A DNA stretch of 64,000 nt, taken from positions 12,746 to 76,745 of the forward strand of contig JAQBVF010000019.1 of the NCBI GenBank assembly GCA_027623675.1, given 5' to 3'. Source of the stretch: Chloroflexota bacterium (GTDB lineage Bacteria > Chloroflexota > Dehalococcoidia > Lucifugimonadales > UBA3495). Below the pieces are notes generated by a model that was not told the DNA's origin, made no database searches, and saw only the letters and a list, made by a program, of their open reading frames with translations. Of the stretch, positions 19,978 to 29,564 are shown piece by piece (positions within the stretch are counted from its first letter, which is position 1; each line of letters begins with the position of its first letter). Both the position numbers and the translations under genes were made by a program.

Positions 19978-20187
19978 GCTGGGGGCACCAGCTCGTCACG
20001 GACCGGGTGGTTCAGGCGCAATTGTACCGCAACCCGGAAAGAGGGGCCATAACCCACGTAGTGGGACCGCAGAGGAAAGGACGCCGAGAATCATGGCGCC
20101 AGCTCAGGGATGGGAAACGCGGTGAGAAGAACCCAAGGCGATTGAAATCTGATCAACCATGGAACTCGGCTGTGCCGGCCGCGCCGG

Positions 20188-21393
20188 TTACTTCAGGGCT
20201 AGCATCCGGTCCAGAGCGATCCGGGAGTCCCGTTTGATATCGTCTGGGACGGTGATCTGGTTGTGGACCGTGCCTTCCAGCAGCCCGTCCAGCATCCATA
20301 GCACGTAGGCCGGGTGGATACGGTACATGGTGGAGCAGGGGCAGGTGACCGGGTCCAGGCAGAAGACCGTCTTGTCCGGGTTGTTGATGGCCAGGCGGTT
20401 GACCAGGCTGACCTCGGTCCCGATTCCCCATTTGCTGCCGGCGGGGGCCGAGTTGACCTTTTCGCGGATGAACTCGGTTGACCCGACCCAGTCGGCCGCC
20501 TGAACGGTTTCCATGGGGCATTCGGGATGGACCAGGATGTTGATGTCGGGGTGAAGGGCCCGCGCCGCTTCGATCTGGCCCACGGTGAACCGGGTGTGGA
20601 CCGAGCAGTGGCCCTGCCACAGGACCATCTTGGACCGGCGGAGCTGCTCCGGAGTGTTGCCACCCAGTGGGCGGAACGGGTTCCAGACCACCATCTCGTC
20701 CAGGGGTATGCCCAGGTCCAGCGCCGTGTTGCGGCCCAGGTGTTGGTCGGGCAGGAACAAGACCCGCTCCGACCGCTCAAAGGCCCATTTAAGTACGGCC
20801 TTGGCGTTGGACGAGGTGCAGACGGTGCCGCCGTTCCGGCCGCAGAGGGCCTTGATGCCGGCGATAGAGTTCATGTAGGTGACCGGCAGGATGCCGCCGG
20901 GGCCCAGTACCTGTTCCAGGTCCTCCCAGGCGTCTTCCACGTCATCCATGGGCGCCATGTCGGCCATGGAACAACCGGCGGTGATGTTGGGCAGAATCAC
21001 CTTCTGATGGGGCGCGGCCAGGATGCAGGCGGTCTCGGCCATGAAATGCACGCCGCAGAAGATGATGTAGTCGGCTTCGGGACGGCTGGCCGCTTCCACG
21101 GACAGCAGGTAGGAGTCGCCCTGGAAGTCGGCGTACTTGATGACCTCTTCCCGCTGGTAGTGGTGGCCCAGGATGGTAACCGAACTGCCCAGCTTTTTGC
21201 GGGCTTCGCCGATGCGCAGGTCCAACTCATCAGCCGTGAGATGGAGATATTCCGTGGGAATATTCTGCCAACGAACATTGACAGACATCTCTTCGGCCAA
21301 GGGTTTGGACGGGAGTTCGTCTTCGGTTTTACAGAACGCCGAGTGCTCAAGCTCAGTGATGGGCACGCTAGGCCGGCGCCTTGAAACGGCCAT
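20188..21393 (-). CDS. nadA: quinolinate synthase
   Basis: LGHHYQR, FCGVHFMAET, AGCSMADMA, GHCSVH, CPCSTM; start overlaps miaB stop (TAATG). Confidence 0.97.
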   Translation of the reverse strand: MAVSRRRPSVPITELEHSAFCKTEDELPSKPLAEEMSVNVRWQNIPTEYLHLTADELDLRIGEARKKLGSSVTILGHHYQREEVIKYADFQGDSYLLSVEAASRPEADYIIFCGVHFMAETACILAAPHQKVILPNITAGCSMADMAPMDDVEDAWEDLEQVLGPGGILPVTYMNSIAGIKALCGRNGGTVCTSSNAKAVLKWAFERSERVLFLPDQHLGRNTALDLGIPLDEMVVWNPFRPLGGNTPEQLRRSKMVLWQGHCSVHTRFTVGQIEAARALHPDINILVHPECPMETVQAADWVGSTEFIREKVNSAPAGSKWGIGTEVSLVNRLAINNPDKTVFCLDPVTCPCSTMYRIHPAYVLWMLDGLLEGTVHNQITVPDDIKRDSRIALDRMLALK

Positions 21394-22703
21394 TAGTTCT
21401 TGCCTCTGGGGTTTACCAATTTGGCTTCTACAGCCAGAGTACCTTGCAGGGACCACGGGCTGGAACGCTCAATCTTCACTGTCACGAGTTGGCCTAGATA
21501 ACACGCTTCATCCTCGAAGAACACCAGCTTGTGGGAGCGTGTGCGCCCCTGCCATTTGCCTCGTTGGCGGCCCTCAACCAAGATCTCCTGGTAAGTGCCC
21601 ACCAATCGGGCGTTAATCTCAGTCTGAACTTCCTCTTGCAAACGGTCAACCCTCTGGCGGCGGCTGGTCTTCTCGTCCTCCGAGAGGCCGTCGTCCATGG
21701 TCCGTGATGCGATGGTGCCTGGCCGGGTGGAATATGCCGCGCAGTGCACCTTGTCCAAGCGCAGTTCGCTTAGCAGGTCCAACGTCTGCTGGAACTGTTC
21801 TTCAGTCTCGCCGGGGAAGCCGACGATGATGTCGGTGTTGATGGCGACCCCAGGCACGGTTTCCCGGATACGGCCCACCAATTCGATGTAATCGGCGCGG
21901 TGGTAATGACGCCGCATCTGGTCCAATACCTGGTCGTCGCCGGCCTGCACGGGCAGGTTTATGTGTTCGCAGACCTTGGGCAGGTCGGCCACGGCCTGGA
22001 TTATGTCTTGTGTCATGAACTTGGGGTGGGACGTCAGGAAACGAATCCGCTCGATGCCATCGATGTCATTCAGCCTGGCGAACAGGCCAGCCAATCCAGG
22101 ATTCTCCGGCAGATCGTGACCGTAGGCGTCAACCGTTTGGCCCAGCAGGGTGACCTCTTTCACGCCCCTGGAGGCCAGTATCTCAACCTCTTCAGCGACT
22201 TCTTCCACCGGACGGCTAACCTGGCGGCCGCGGCGGTAAGGGATGATGCAGAAGGTGCACATCAGGTCGCAGCCGTGGATTATGGGCACGTGGCAACTGA
22301 CGTCGGGCCTGGTGGGTGTCAGCGGGCCAACACAGCCCTCCCAGTCCACGCCCAGGCGGCCTCCCACCATCTCTAGCAGCGGCTCAAATTGCTGGGGCCG
22401 CATGAACACGTCAACGTAGGGGAACCGGCGGGCCAGGTCATCCGAATTGGGGCCAACCATGCAGCCCATGAGCGCCACGATGCGCTCCGGCTGTTGCTTC
22501 TTAAGGGGGGCCATCCAGGCAAGGTTGCTGGCAACCTTGTCTTCCGCGCCCTGCCGCACCACGCAAGAGTTGAGCACGATGACATCAGCATCGGTGGCTT
22601 TCTCCACCGCCTGCAACCCCAACTGGTCGAAGGCGGCGCCCAACCGTTCTGAATCGGCGGTGTTCATCTGGCAGCCGATGGTCCAGAGATAGTAACTGTT
22701 CAT
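21393..22703 (-). CDS. miaB: tRNA methylthiotransferase MiaB
   Basis: GCQMNTADSE, radical-SAM GCDLMCTFCIIP, DIIVGFPGET, TRAM domain. Confidence 0.95.
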   Translation of the reverse strand: MNSYYLWTIGCQMNTADSERLGAAFDQLGLQAVEKATDADVIVLNSCVVRQGAEDKVASNLAWMAPLKKQQPERIVALMGCMVGPNSDDLARRFPYVDVFMRPQQFEPLLEMVGGRLGVDWEGCVGPLTPTRPDVSCHVPIIHGCDLMCTFCIIPYRRGRQVSRPVEEVAEEVEILASRGVKEVTLLGQTVDAYGHDLPENPGLAGLFARLNDIDGIERIRFLTSHPKFMTQDIIQAVADLPKVCEHINLPVQAGDDQVLDQMRRHYHRADYIELVGRIRETVPGVAINTDIIVGFPGETEEQFQQTLDLLSELRLDKVHCAAYSTRPGTIASRTMDDGLSEDEKTSRRQRVDRLQEEVQTEINARLVGTYQEILVEGRQRGKWQGRTRSHKLVFFEDEACYLGQLVTVKIERSSPWSLQGTLAVEAKLVNPRGKN

Positions 22704-22866
22704 TTAAAAAGCTTGATGTAAGAAGCTTGATGCACGTTCTTAGGGAGGCTGCTATTGATTGAAATGATCTAGGTGCGGCGCTGGGTCTGGGTGGCGCCGC
22801 CTCACGGTCGGGACGGCCGAATCGCTAATCAGTTTCCGTTTTAGCGACGATTTATCGCCAAAATAA

Positions 22867-22959
22867 TGGCGGAGGGAATGGGATTCGAACCCATGAACCC
22901 GCTTTTGACGGGTTAAGCGCTTAGCAGGCGCCCGCACTAGGCCTCTATGCGATCCCTCC
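22867..22959 (-). tRNA. tRNA-Ser (GCT)
   Basis: Acceptor GGAGGGA/TCCCTCC-G-CCA, anticodon loop CT-GCT-AA, long variable arm. Confidence 0.97.
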
Positions 22960-23198
22960 CCTGCGCACCTTGAATGGTATCAAATGGGTCAAAACCCATC
23001 AAGGCCCGAATGGGAACGGCCCAAGAGACTGGCCAAGGTCGACGAACTCGCCCGGTGGTCAGTGGTAATCACTCCGTCGCGAGGCTAGAGGGTGTGCCGC
23101 CCCGGGCATTGTTGACCTTAATTGATTAAATTGGGCATTTACCCGAAAATATGATCGGTATACAGACATCCAGACCGGCAATCAGTACGATTTCGGTG

Positions 23199-23227
23199 TT
23201 GACACTCCTTGGAAGCGGTCATATGAT
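23199..23227 (+). promoter_or_regulatory. sigma70-type promoter for the Lrp gene
   Basis: TTGACA-N17-TATGAT. Confidence 0.55.
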
Positions 23228-23380
23228 TGGTTCAGAATCTCCGTTCCCTGCCAGGAACACCGGCAGATCCAACGGATTCAATAACAGTTTCGAGACATGG
23301 ACCTCCTGACGGCCCCGGCCAGACAGACCGGTGCACGCAGCCGAACAGGCGGGCCTCAATCCACGGAGTGTGACACCCAG

Positions 23381-23821
23381 ATGGACGAACTAGATCGGAA
23401 GATAATTGCCCTGCTGCAGCTTGATGGCCGGGCATCCAACGCCAAGATTGCCCGCGAAGTGGGCGTTAGTGAAGGCACCGTGCGCCGCCGTCTGCGCCGC
23501 CTGGTCGTGGACGACGTGGTCAAGATCATCGCCGTGCCCAACCTGGAAAAACTGGGCTACGCGACAACCGCCTTGATCGGCCTGCAGACCGGACCGGGCA
23601 AGTCGGACTCGGTGGCGGAGGCCATCGCCAGCTTGGACGAGGCCCACTACGTGGCCATCACCACGGGCGCCTACGACGTTTTCATCTGGGCCGGGTTGGA
23701 GTCTGCCGAGGGCCTGGGTACGTTTCTCCGGTCCAAGGTCGGAGTCATTGACGGCGTGCAGCGCACCGAGACCTTCGTGAACCTTTCGATCAAGAAGCGG
23801 ACCTACGGCCTGGTCCTCTAA
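23381..23821 (+). CDS. Lrp/AsnC family transcriptional regulator
   Basis: MDELDRKIIALLQLDGRASNAKIAREVGVSEGTVRRRL. Confidence 0.95.
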   Translation: MDELDRKIIALLQLDGRASNAKIAREVGVSEGTVRRRLRRLVVDDVVKIIAVPNLEKLGYATTALIGLQTGPGKSDSVAEAIASLDEAHYVAITTGAYDVFIWAGLESAEGLGTFLRSKVGVIDGVQRTETFVNLSIKKRTYGLVL

Positions 23822-23850
23822 ACGCAAGCTTCCGCGATGATTTAGCCACG

Positions 23851-23886
23851 AAAACCACCGTCAAACCAGCGGTGGTTTTTGATTTT
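23851..23886 (+). terminator. rho-independent terminator
   Basis: AAAACCACCG...CGGTGGTTTTT. Confidence 0.65.
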
Positions 23887-24068
23887 CCGCGTTATCGGAC
23901 ACTGTTATCGGGCAGGTTTACCGCCCGGTATCTCATCTGCTCCCGCATTCTTGCATTGGAACGGCGCTATGCTATAATTTGAGTGCCATTCGGCCAGACG
24001 CGTGCAGGCTCAAACCTTCGTTCCGGCACGCGCATCAGCCAATACTGAGTCAAGAGGAGCCCTTCACC

Positions 24069-24338
24069 ATGACCTACATCATCGCCGAACCTTGCGTGGG
24101 ACTTAAGGATTCGGCTTGTGTCGATGTTTGCCCGGTTGACTGTATCTATACCCGCGACCAAGACGATATGTACTACATCAGCCCCGATGAGTGCATCGAC
24201 TGCGCCGCTTGCGAGCCGGTCTGCCCGGTGACGGCCATCTTCGCCGAAGACGCGGTTCCCGCCCAGTGGCAGGAATATATCCAGAAGAACTACGACTATT
24301 TCAAGAACGTCGACCCTTCTGAACTCAAGCGCAAGTAA
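24069..24338 (+). CDS. fdxA: 7Fe (3Fe-4S/4Fe-4S) ferredoxin, FdxA type
   Basis: MTYIIAEPC..KDSACVDVCPVDCI...ECIDCAACEPVCPV; AGGAG RBS; TTGCAT-N16-TATAAT upstream (23951-23978). Confidence 0.92.
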   Translation: MTYIIAEPCVGLKDSACVDVCPVDCIYTRDQDDMYYISPDECIDCAACEPVCPVTAIFAEDAVPAQWQEYIQKNYDYFKNVDPSELKRK

Positions 24339-24425
24339 TAACCGACTCCGGTGGTGTCAGCCGGCGGCTCTGAATAACCCTCCCGGCTGATCACCCCCCA
24401 GAGTTAGCCTTGGGACCAGTAAAAG

Positions 24426-24462
24426 ATAAAACCTTTAAAGGGTGATCCTTTAAAGGTTTTAT
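24426..24462. repeat. perfect 16-bp inverted repeat containing two CCTTTAAAGG palindromes
   Basis: ATAAAACCTTTAAAGG-GTGAT-CCTTTAAAGGTTTTAT. Confidence 0.8.
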
Positions 24463-24656
24463 ATCGTCAGTCAGAGATGGCCCTCTGGCCCGGCGGAAAT
24501 GCAGCCATACTGGTTTCCGGGCCATTTTGGATTCAAGATGGCCCGTGTCAGCGGTCTTGAATCAGATACGCAGGGATTCCCAAGCCAGATCCTCAGGCCA
24601 AGCGACCGGACCATTCCTGAGGTGTTTGTGCCATCAATGCAAGATAGGAGCCTCAT

Positions 24657-26933
24657 ATGAACGTCGACTCAACGCCTCAGTTCGTCGAAGAAGCCTACAA
24701 GAAGATGGAGCGCAACCTTGAGGTCGTCCGATCGCGGCTCAACCGGCCGCTGACCCTGGCCGAGAAACTGCTTCTCGGTCACCTAGACGATGCCCAGGGA
24801 GCCGAGCTTGAGCCCGGCGATAGCTACATCATGCTTAACCCCGACCGCGTCGCCCACCAAGACGTGACTGGGCAGATGGCCATTCTGCAGTTCATGCAAT
24901 CGGGCCGCAGCGAAGTCGCCGTCCCCACCACCGTCCACTGCGACCACTTGATCCAGGCCCGCGTCGGCGCGTCCTCCGACCTTCAAGACGCCCTCAACGA
25001 GAATAACGAGGTCTACCAATTCCTGGAGTCGTCTTGCCGCAAATACGGCATGGGCTTCTGGAAGCCCGGCTCGGGCATCATTCACCAGGTCGTTCTTGAG
25101 AACTACGCCTTCCCCGGCTGCCTGATCATCGGCACCGACTCCCACACTCCCAACGCCGGCGGCCTGGGCTCATTGGCCATCGGAGTTGGGGGGGCTGACG
25201 CCGCCGACGTGATGGCCGGCCTGCCCTGGGAGGTCAAATACCCCACCCTGGTGGGCGTGCGCCTCACCGGCGAGCTCAGCGGCTGGACCGCCCCCAAAGA
25301 CGTGATAATCTATCTGGCCGGCGTGCTGACCGTGTCCGGCGGCACCAACGCCATCATTGAATACTTCGGCCCTGGCGTGAATTCCATCAGCTGTACCGGC
25401 AAGGCAACCATCACCAATATGGGCGCCGAATTGGGCGCCACCGGCGACGTCTTCCCCTTCGACGAGCGCATGGCCACCTATCTGAAGGCGACCCGCCGCC
25501 CCGAACTGGCCGAGCTGGCCGAGAAGTACAAGCACCTGCTCACGGCCGACCCCGAGGTGGAGAAGGACCCGGCCCAGTACTACGACCGCATCGTGGAGAT
25601 CAACCTCTCTGAGCTGGAGCCCCAGATCACCGGGCCCCACTCGCCCGACCGCGCCCGGCCCATCTCCGCTCTGGCCAAAGAGGCCAAGGAAGAGGGCTTC
25701 CCCGACAAGGTTAGCGCGGCCCTGGTCGGCAGTTGCACCAACTCGTCCTACGAAGACATGACCCGCTGCGCCGACATCGCCCGCCAGGCCACCGAGCACG
25801 GTCTCCACGCCGCTGCCGAATTCATGATCACTCCCGGCTCGGAGCAGGTCCGGGCGACCATCTCCCGCGATGGCCAACAGTCAGCCTTGGAGGCCATCGG
25901 CGGCATGGTGCTGGCCAACGCCTGTGGGCCTTGCATCGGTCAGTGGCGGCGCGACCAGATGCCGGAGGGCGAAGCCAACTCCATCATCACGTCATACAAC
26001 CGCAACTTCCCCAAGCGCAACGACGCCAACTCGGGCACCTTGAATTTCATAACCAGTCCCGAATTGGCCGTGGCCATGGGCTTGGGCGGAAGACTGAGCT
26101 TCAACCCCCTGACCGACACCCTCACCGGCGCCGACGGCAAGGAATTCAAACTGAACGCGCCCGGCCCCGCTCCGGAGGTTCCCGCCAACGGGTTCGACCC
26201 CGGCGCCGACCGCTACGTAGCGCCCCCCGAGGACGGCAGCGGCATCGACATTTCCGTGAATCCCGACAGCAACCGGCTGCAGGTACTGGAACCGTGGCCG
26301 GCATGGGACGGCAAAGACTTCACCGACATGCCCGTGCTGCTCAAGGCATCGGGCAAATGCACCACCGACCACATATCTCCGGCCGGGGCCTGGCTCCGCT
26401 TCCGGGGACACCTGGACAACCTGAGCGACAACATGTTCTTGGGGGCGGTTAACTCGTTCACCGACGAGCCTGGCACGGGCAAGAACCAACTCTCCGGCGA
26501 GCAGGTCCAACCCATCCCCGAGATCGCCCGGGAATACAAGGCGAAGGGCATTCCGTGGATCGCCATCGGCGACGGCAACTACGGAGAGGGCAGCAGCCGC
26601 GAGCACGCCGCCATGTCGCCACGGATGCTGGGCGCGGCAGCGGTGGTCACCCGCAGCTTCGCCAGGATCCACGAGGCCAACCTGAAGAAGCAGGGCATAT
26701 TGCCCCTGACCTTCGAAGACCCCGGCGACTATGACCGGATCAGGGCCGACGACCGCATCAGCATCATCGGTCTGTCCAGTCTGACTCCGGGAGTGCCGCT
26801 GGTCTGCGTGGTAACCCACGAGGACGGCGAAGAGGAGCGCATCAACCTGCGCCACACCATGAACCTCGGTCAGATCAACTGGTTCAAAGCCGGCTCCGCC
26901 ATGAACCACATGAAGAACATGGCTGCCAGCTAG
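24657..26933 (+). CDS. acn: aconitate hydratase (mitochondrial-type, 758 aa)
   Basis: HCDHLI, GTDSHT, GSCTNSSYED, NACGPCIGQW, GEGSSREHAA. Confidence 0.95.
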   Translation: MNVDSTPQFVEEAYKKMERNLEVVRSRLNRPLTLAEKLLLGHLDDAQGAELEPGDSYIMLNPDRVAHQDVTGQMAILQFMQSGRSEVAVPTTVHCDHLIQARVGASSDLQDALNENNEVYQFLESSCRKYGMGFWKPGSGIIHQVVLENYAFPGCLIIGTDSHTPNAGGLGSLAIGVGGADAADVMAGLPWEVKYPTLVGVRLTGELSGWTAPKDVIIYLAGVLTVSGGTNAIIEYFGPGVNSISCTGKATITNMGAELGATGDVFPFDERMATYLKATRRPELAELAEKYKHLLTADPEVEKDPAQYYDRIVEINLSELEPQITGPHSPDRARPISALAKEAKEEGFPDKVSAALVGSCTNSSYEDMTRCADIARQATEHGLHAAAEFMITPGSEQVRATISRDGQQSALEAIGGMVLANACGPCIGQWRRDQMPEGEANSIITSYNRNFPKRNDANSGTLNFITSPELAVAMGLGGRLSFNPLTDTLTGADGKEFKLNAPGPAPEVPANGFDPGADRYVAPPEDGSGIDISVNPDSNRLQVLEPWPAWDGKDFTDMPVLLKASGKCTTDHISPAGAWLRFRGHLDNLSDNMFLGAVNSFTDEPGTGKNQLSGEQVQPIPEIAREYKAKGIPWIAIGDGNYGEGSSREHAAMSPRMLGAAAVVTRSFARIHEANLKKQGILPLTFEDPGDYDRIRADDRISIIGLSSLTPGVPLVCVVTHEDGEEERINLRHTMNLGQINWFKAGSAMNHMKNMAAS

Positions 26934-26967
26934 GGCTTAAAAAGTCACGGCATAACGACTGGCAACG

Positions 26968-27005
26968 AAAAAGAGGCGTCCCTAATCAACGGGACGCCTC
27001 TTTTT
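26968..27005 (+). terminator. rho-independent terminator after acn
   Basis: AAAAAGAGGCGTCCC-loop-GGGACGCCTCTTTTT. Confidence 0.8.
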
Positions 27006-27011
27006 GCATAC

Positions 27012-27115
27012 CCGCTCATCCTCAGCCCCGTCGAAGGACCGCATCTGTCAAGTTCATCGCGGGGAGAGGGTTGGCTTGCCCCGAAAACGTGGTTCGACGG
27101 GCTCACCATGAGCGG
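27012..27115. repeat. inverted pair of REP-like repeats; right copy is an empty IS110 target
   Basis: CCGCTCATCCTCAGCCCCGTCGAAGGA (27012-27038) and GTGGTTCGACGGGCTCACCATGAGCGG (27089-27115). Confidence 0.8.
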
Positions 27116-27281
27116 GGTAGTACGCCATGGGCGGGTAAGACACCATTAGCGGGGTATTACACAATGAGCGGACGCGGGTGTCGATTGTTAAGTCGAAGAG
27201 ATATTGGGGGCTGGTTGGGCCAGAAAGGGCGTCCCGATTCAACTGGACGCCCTCTTTTTCATTACCGCTTAATTGGGCCGC

Positions 27282-27980
27282 TTACCCCAGGTCGTCGAGG
27301 CAGGCGTCGATGGGTTTGGCTAGGCAGGAGAAGATGGGGGTGTCCAGCAGGGTGAACGGGCGGGCTTTCGACTCCCTCAGGTCCATCACCAGGTCTAGGA
27401 AGTTGGATGGGTCGTCGGTCTCGAAGCCCAGCACGAACTCCTGGTCGTCCAACCCGAAGGAGTAAGCCGTGCTGATCTTTACATCGGGGTATTTATGGCC
27501 AATGACGAAGTGCTCGTTCATCAGGGATTGCCGTTCTTCCTTGGGAAGTTGGTACCAATCGTGAGTTTTAACGAAGGGATAGATGAACAGGTACTTCCGT
27601 CCGATGATGCGCATGGTCGAAGCGCCGGTGCCCTCCTGGCCCTCATGAACATGGTCGTCGATGTAGGGCGAGCGTCGGGTCATGGCCAGGTACGAATGGG
27701 GTGTGGTCAGGTACGGGGCCAGGTCGGTGTGGTTCAACCGCGCCATCAGTTCGTTGATGGCCTCCACCGACTCGCTCACCTTCCACAGCAGGAAGTCCAC
27801 ATCGCCCCGCGTGCCGACCAAGCTGTAGCTAGACATGGACACACGGTCGGAGAATTCGCTCAGCACCTCCGCGAATTGGGCCTTGCTGTCCTGTCGGTCC
27901 TTGACCGACAAGCCGCGCCAAGCGGGGTCCACTTTGAAGAATGAGTACTTTACGAAATCTCGTCTGACTTGCTCTGTCAT
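27282..27980 (-). CDS. chlorite dismutase family / coproheme decarboxylase (ChdC/HemQ-like)
   Basis: YPFVKTHDWYQLPKEERQSLMNEH, YSFGLDDQEF. Confidence 0.88.
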   Translation of the reverse strand: MTEQVRRDFVKYSFFKVDPAWRGLSVKDRQDSKAQFAEVLSEFSDRVSMSSYSLVGTRGDVDFLLWKVSESVEAINELMARLNHTDLAPYLTTPHSYLAMTRRSPYIDDHVHEGQEGTGASTMRIIGRKYLFIYPFVKTHDWYQLPKEERQSLMNEHFVIGHKYPDVKISTAYSFGLDDQEFVLGFETDDPSNFLDLVMDLRESKARPFTLLDTPIFSCLAKPIDACLDDLG

Positions 27981-28229
27981 GCAACCCTCTGCCACCGGGT
28001 GGCTGGGCGGGGGTTAGATTCTCCGGCCGCCCAAAAGAATAACGAATAGGGAACCTGTGGGTACCAAGAGCAATGATAGCAACGGCTAGCTGCCCGTGGC
28101 AACGTGATCCCCGGCGGAGCGAGGCGTGTCCCCGCAGACGTTGCTTTCCCATCTGGCGGTGCTACAATCTCCAAGTGCTCCCACCAGAGCAGAAATCGCC
28201 CGGACAACGGCAGTATTGAGGTTGTATAG

Positions 28230-29192
28230 ATGGTAGTTCTTGGCTCGGGGTCTTACAGTTACGATGTAGAAGAGGGTTGGGGCAAGCTCCCCGACGGCTG
28301 GTCCTTCAAAGAGTGCGCGGCGGTGGGCGTCGACGCTCAGGACAACGTGTATGTCTTCAACCGGGGCGAACACCCCATGATCGTCTTCGACAAGGATGGC
28401 AATTTCCTCAGGTCGTGGGGCGAAGGGGTTTATCCCCGGGCCCACGGCATCACCATGGGACCGGACGACAGCATCTACCTCACCGACGACGGCGACCACA
28501 CGGTCCGCAAGTGCAACATGGACGGCAGCGTCATCTTCACCCTGGGCATCCCGGGCAAGCCGTCGGCCTTCATGGGCGGCGACCCCTTCAACCGCTGCAC
28601 CCACGTGGCCCTGGACCCGCAAACCGGCGAGTTCTACGTGTCCGATGGCTACGGCAACGCCCGCGTCCACAAGTATTCGCCGGACGGCAAGCTGCTATTC
28701 TCGTGGGGCGAGTCGGGCACCGGACCGGGAGAGTTCAACATCGCCCACAACGTCTGCACCGACAAGGACGGCTGGGTGTATGTGGCCGACCGGGAGAACC
28801 AGCGGGTGCAGGTCTTCGACAAGAACGGCAAGTTCGAAACCCAGTGGAAGGACATGGCACGGCCCTGCGGCCTGTACATCGACACCAGGGGGGACACCAG
28901 CGGCGACCAGAAGGTCTACGTTGGTGAGTTGGGCGTGGCCATCGGCCCCAACAGCCAGGCGTCGGGTCTTGGCCCCAGGATCGGCATCATGGACCTGGAG
29001 GGCAACTACCTGGCCAAGCTTGGCGACGTTCCGGAAAGCGAAGAGCCCGGCAGCTTCATCGCCCCCCACGGAGTGACCATTAACTCCAGGGGCGACATCT
29101 TCGTGGGCGAGGTCTCCTGGACCCACACCGGAAGCCGACTCTCCCCGCCTCGCGAGGTGCGCTCCCTGCAGAAGCTGACCAAGAAGGGGTAA
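28230..29192 (+). CDS. NHL-repeat beta-propeller (peptidyl-alpha-hydroxyglycine lyase-like)
   Basis: YVSDGYGNARVHKYS, YVADRENQRVQVFD. Confidence 0.88.
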   Translation: MVVLGSGSYSYDVEEGWGKLPDGWSFKECAAVGVDAQDNVYVFNRGEHPMIVFDKDGNFLRSWGEGVYPRAHGITMGPDDSIYLTDDGDHTVRKCNMDGSVIFTLGIPGKPSAFMGGDPFNRCTHVALDPQTGEFYVSDGYGNARVHKYSPDGKLLFSWGESGTGPGEFNIAHNVCTDKDGWVYVADRENQRVQVFDKNGKFETQWKDMARPCGLYIDTRGDTSGDQKVYVGELGVAIGPNSQASGLGPRIGIMDLEGNYLAKLGDVPESEEPGSFIAPHGVTINSRGDIFVGEVSWTHTGSRLSPPREVRSLQKLTKKG

Positions 29193-29220
29193 ATTGGGGC
29201 GCTGAGTAACAGTGTTCCTA

Positions 29221-29460
29221 CTCTAACCCTCTCCTTTGGCCGGGGGAGAGAATATGTCCTTTCCTCCGTGCCCGGGGCTTGCCTCAAAACTGTCATTCTG
29301 ACGAGTGAAGCGAGGAAGAATCTTCCAATTTTCACCTTGGCAGACCCTTCGCCCTTCTCCGGAAGGACTCAGGGTGACACCCGAGTGGTGCTGCTTAAAC
29401 CTAAAACATTGTTGGACCAGCACTTTTGAGGCAACTCCCTCACATGGGGAGAGTTAGGGT
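29221..29460. repeat. nested inverted-repeat (MITE/REPIN-like) element
   Basis: TTGCCTCAAAA (29279-29289) / TTTTGAGGCAA (29424-29434); inner TGTCATTCTGA / TCAGGGTGACA; outer CTAACCCTCTCC / GGGAGAGTTAG. Confidence 0.6.
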
Positions 29461-29564
29461 GAACGCCATAGTTCTCATTCAGCCAAACTTAACCCCGAAA
29501 CAGCGCCGGTCGGCAAGCAGATGCCCATTCCCACCACCCCACCCAACACGGAGCAGACAGCCAC

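Noticed and set aside
19995..20160. Minus-strand mini-ORF with an internal TGA between nadA and nadC as a selenoprotein or NAD riboswitch
   Set aside because: No redox motif, no matching SECIS geometry and no recognisable aptamer
22867..22959. Long-variable-arm tRNA as tRNA-Sec
   Set aside because: The anticodon is GCT (Ser) with a 7-bp acceptor stem; no selC is in this window
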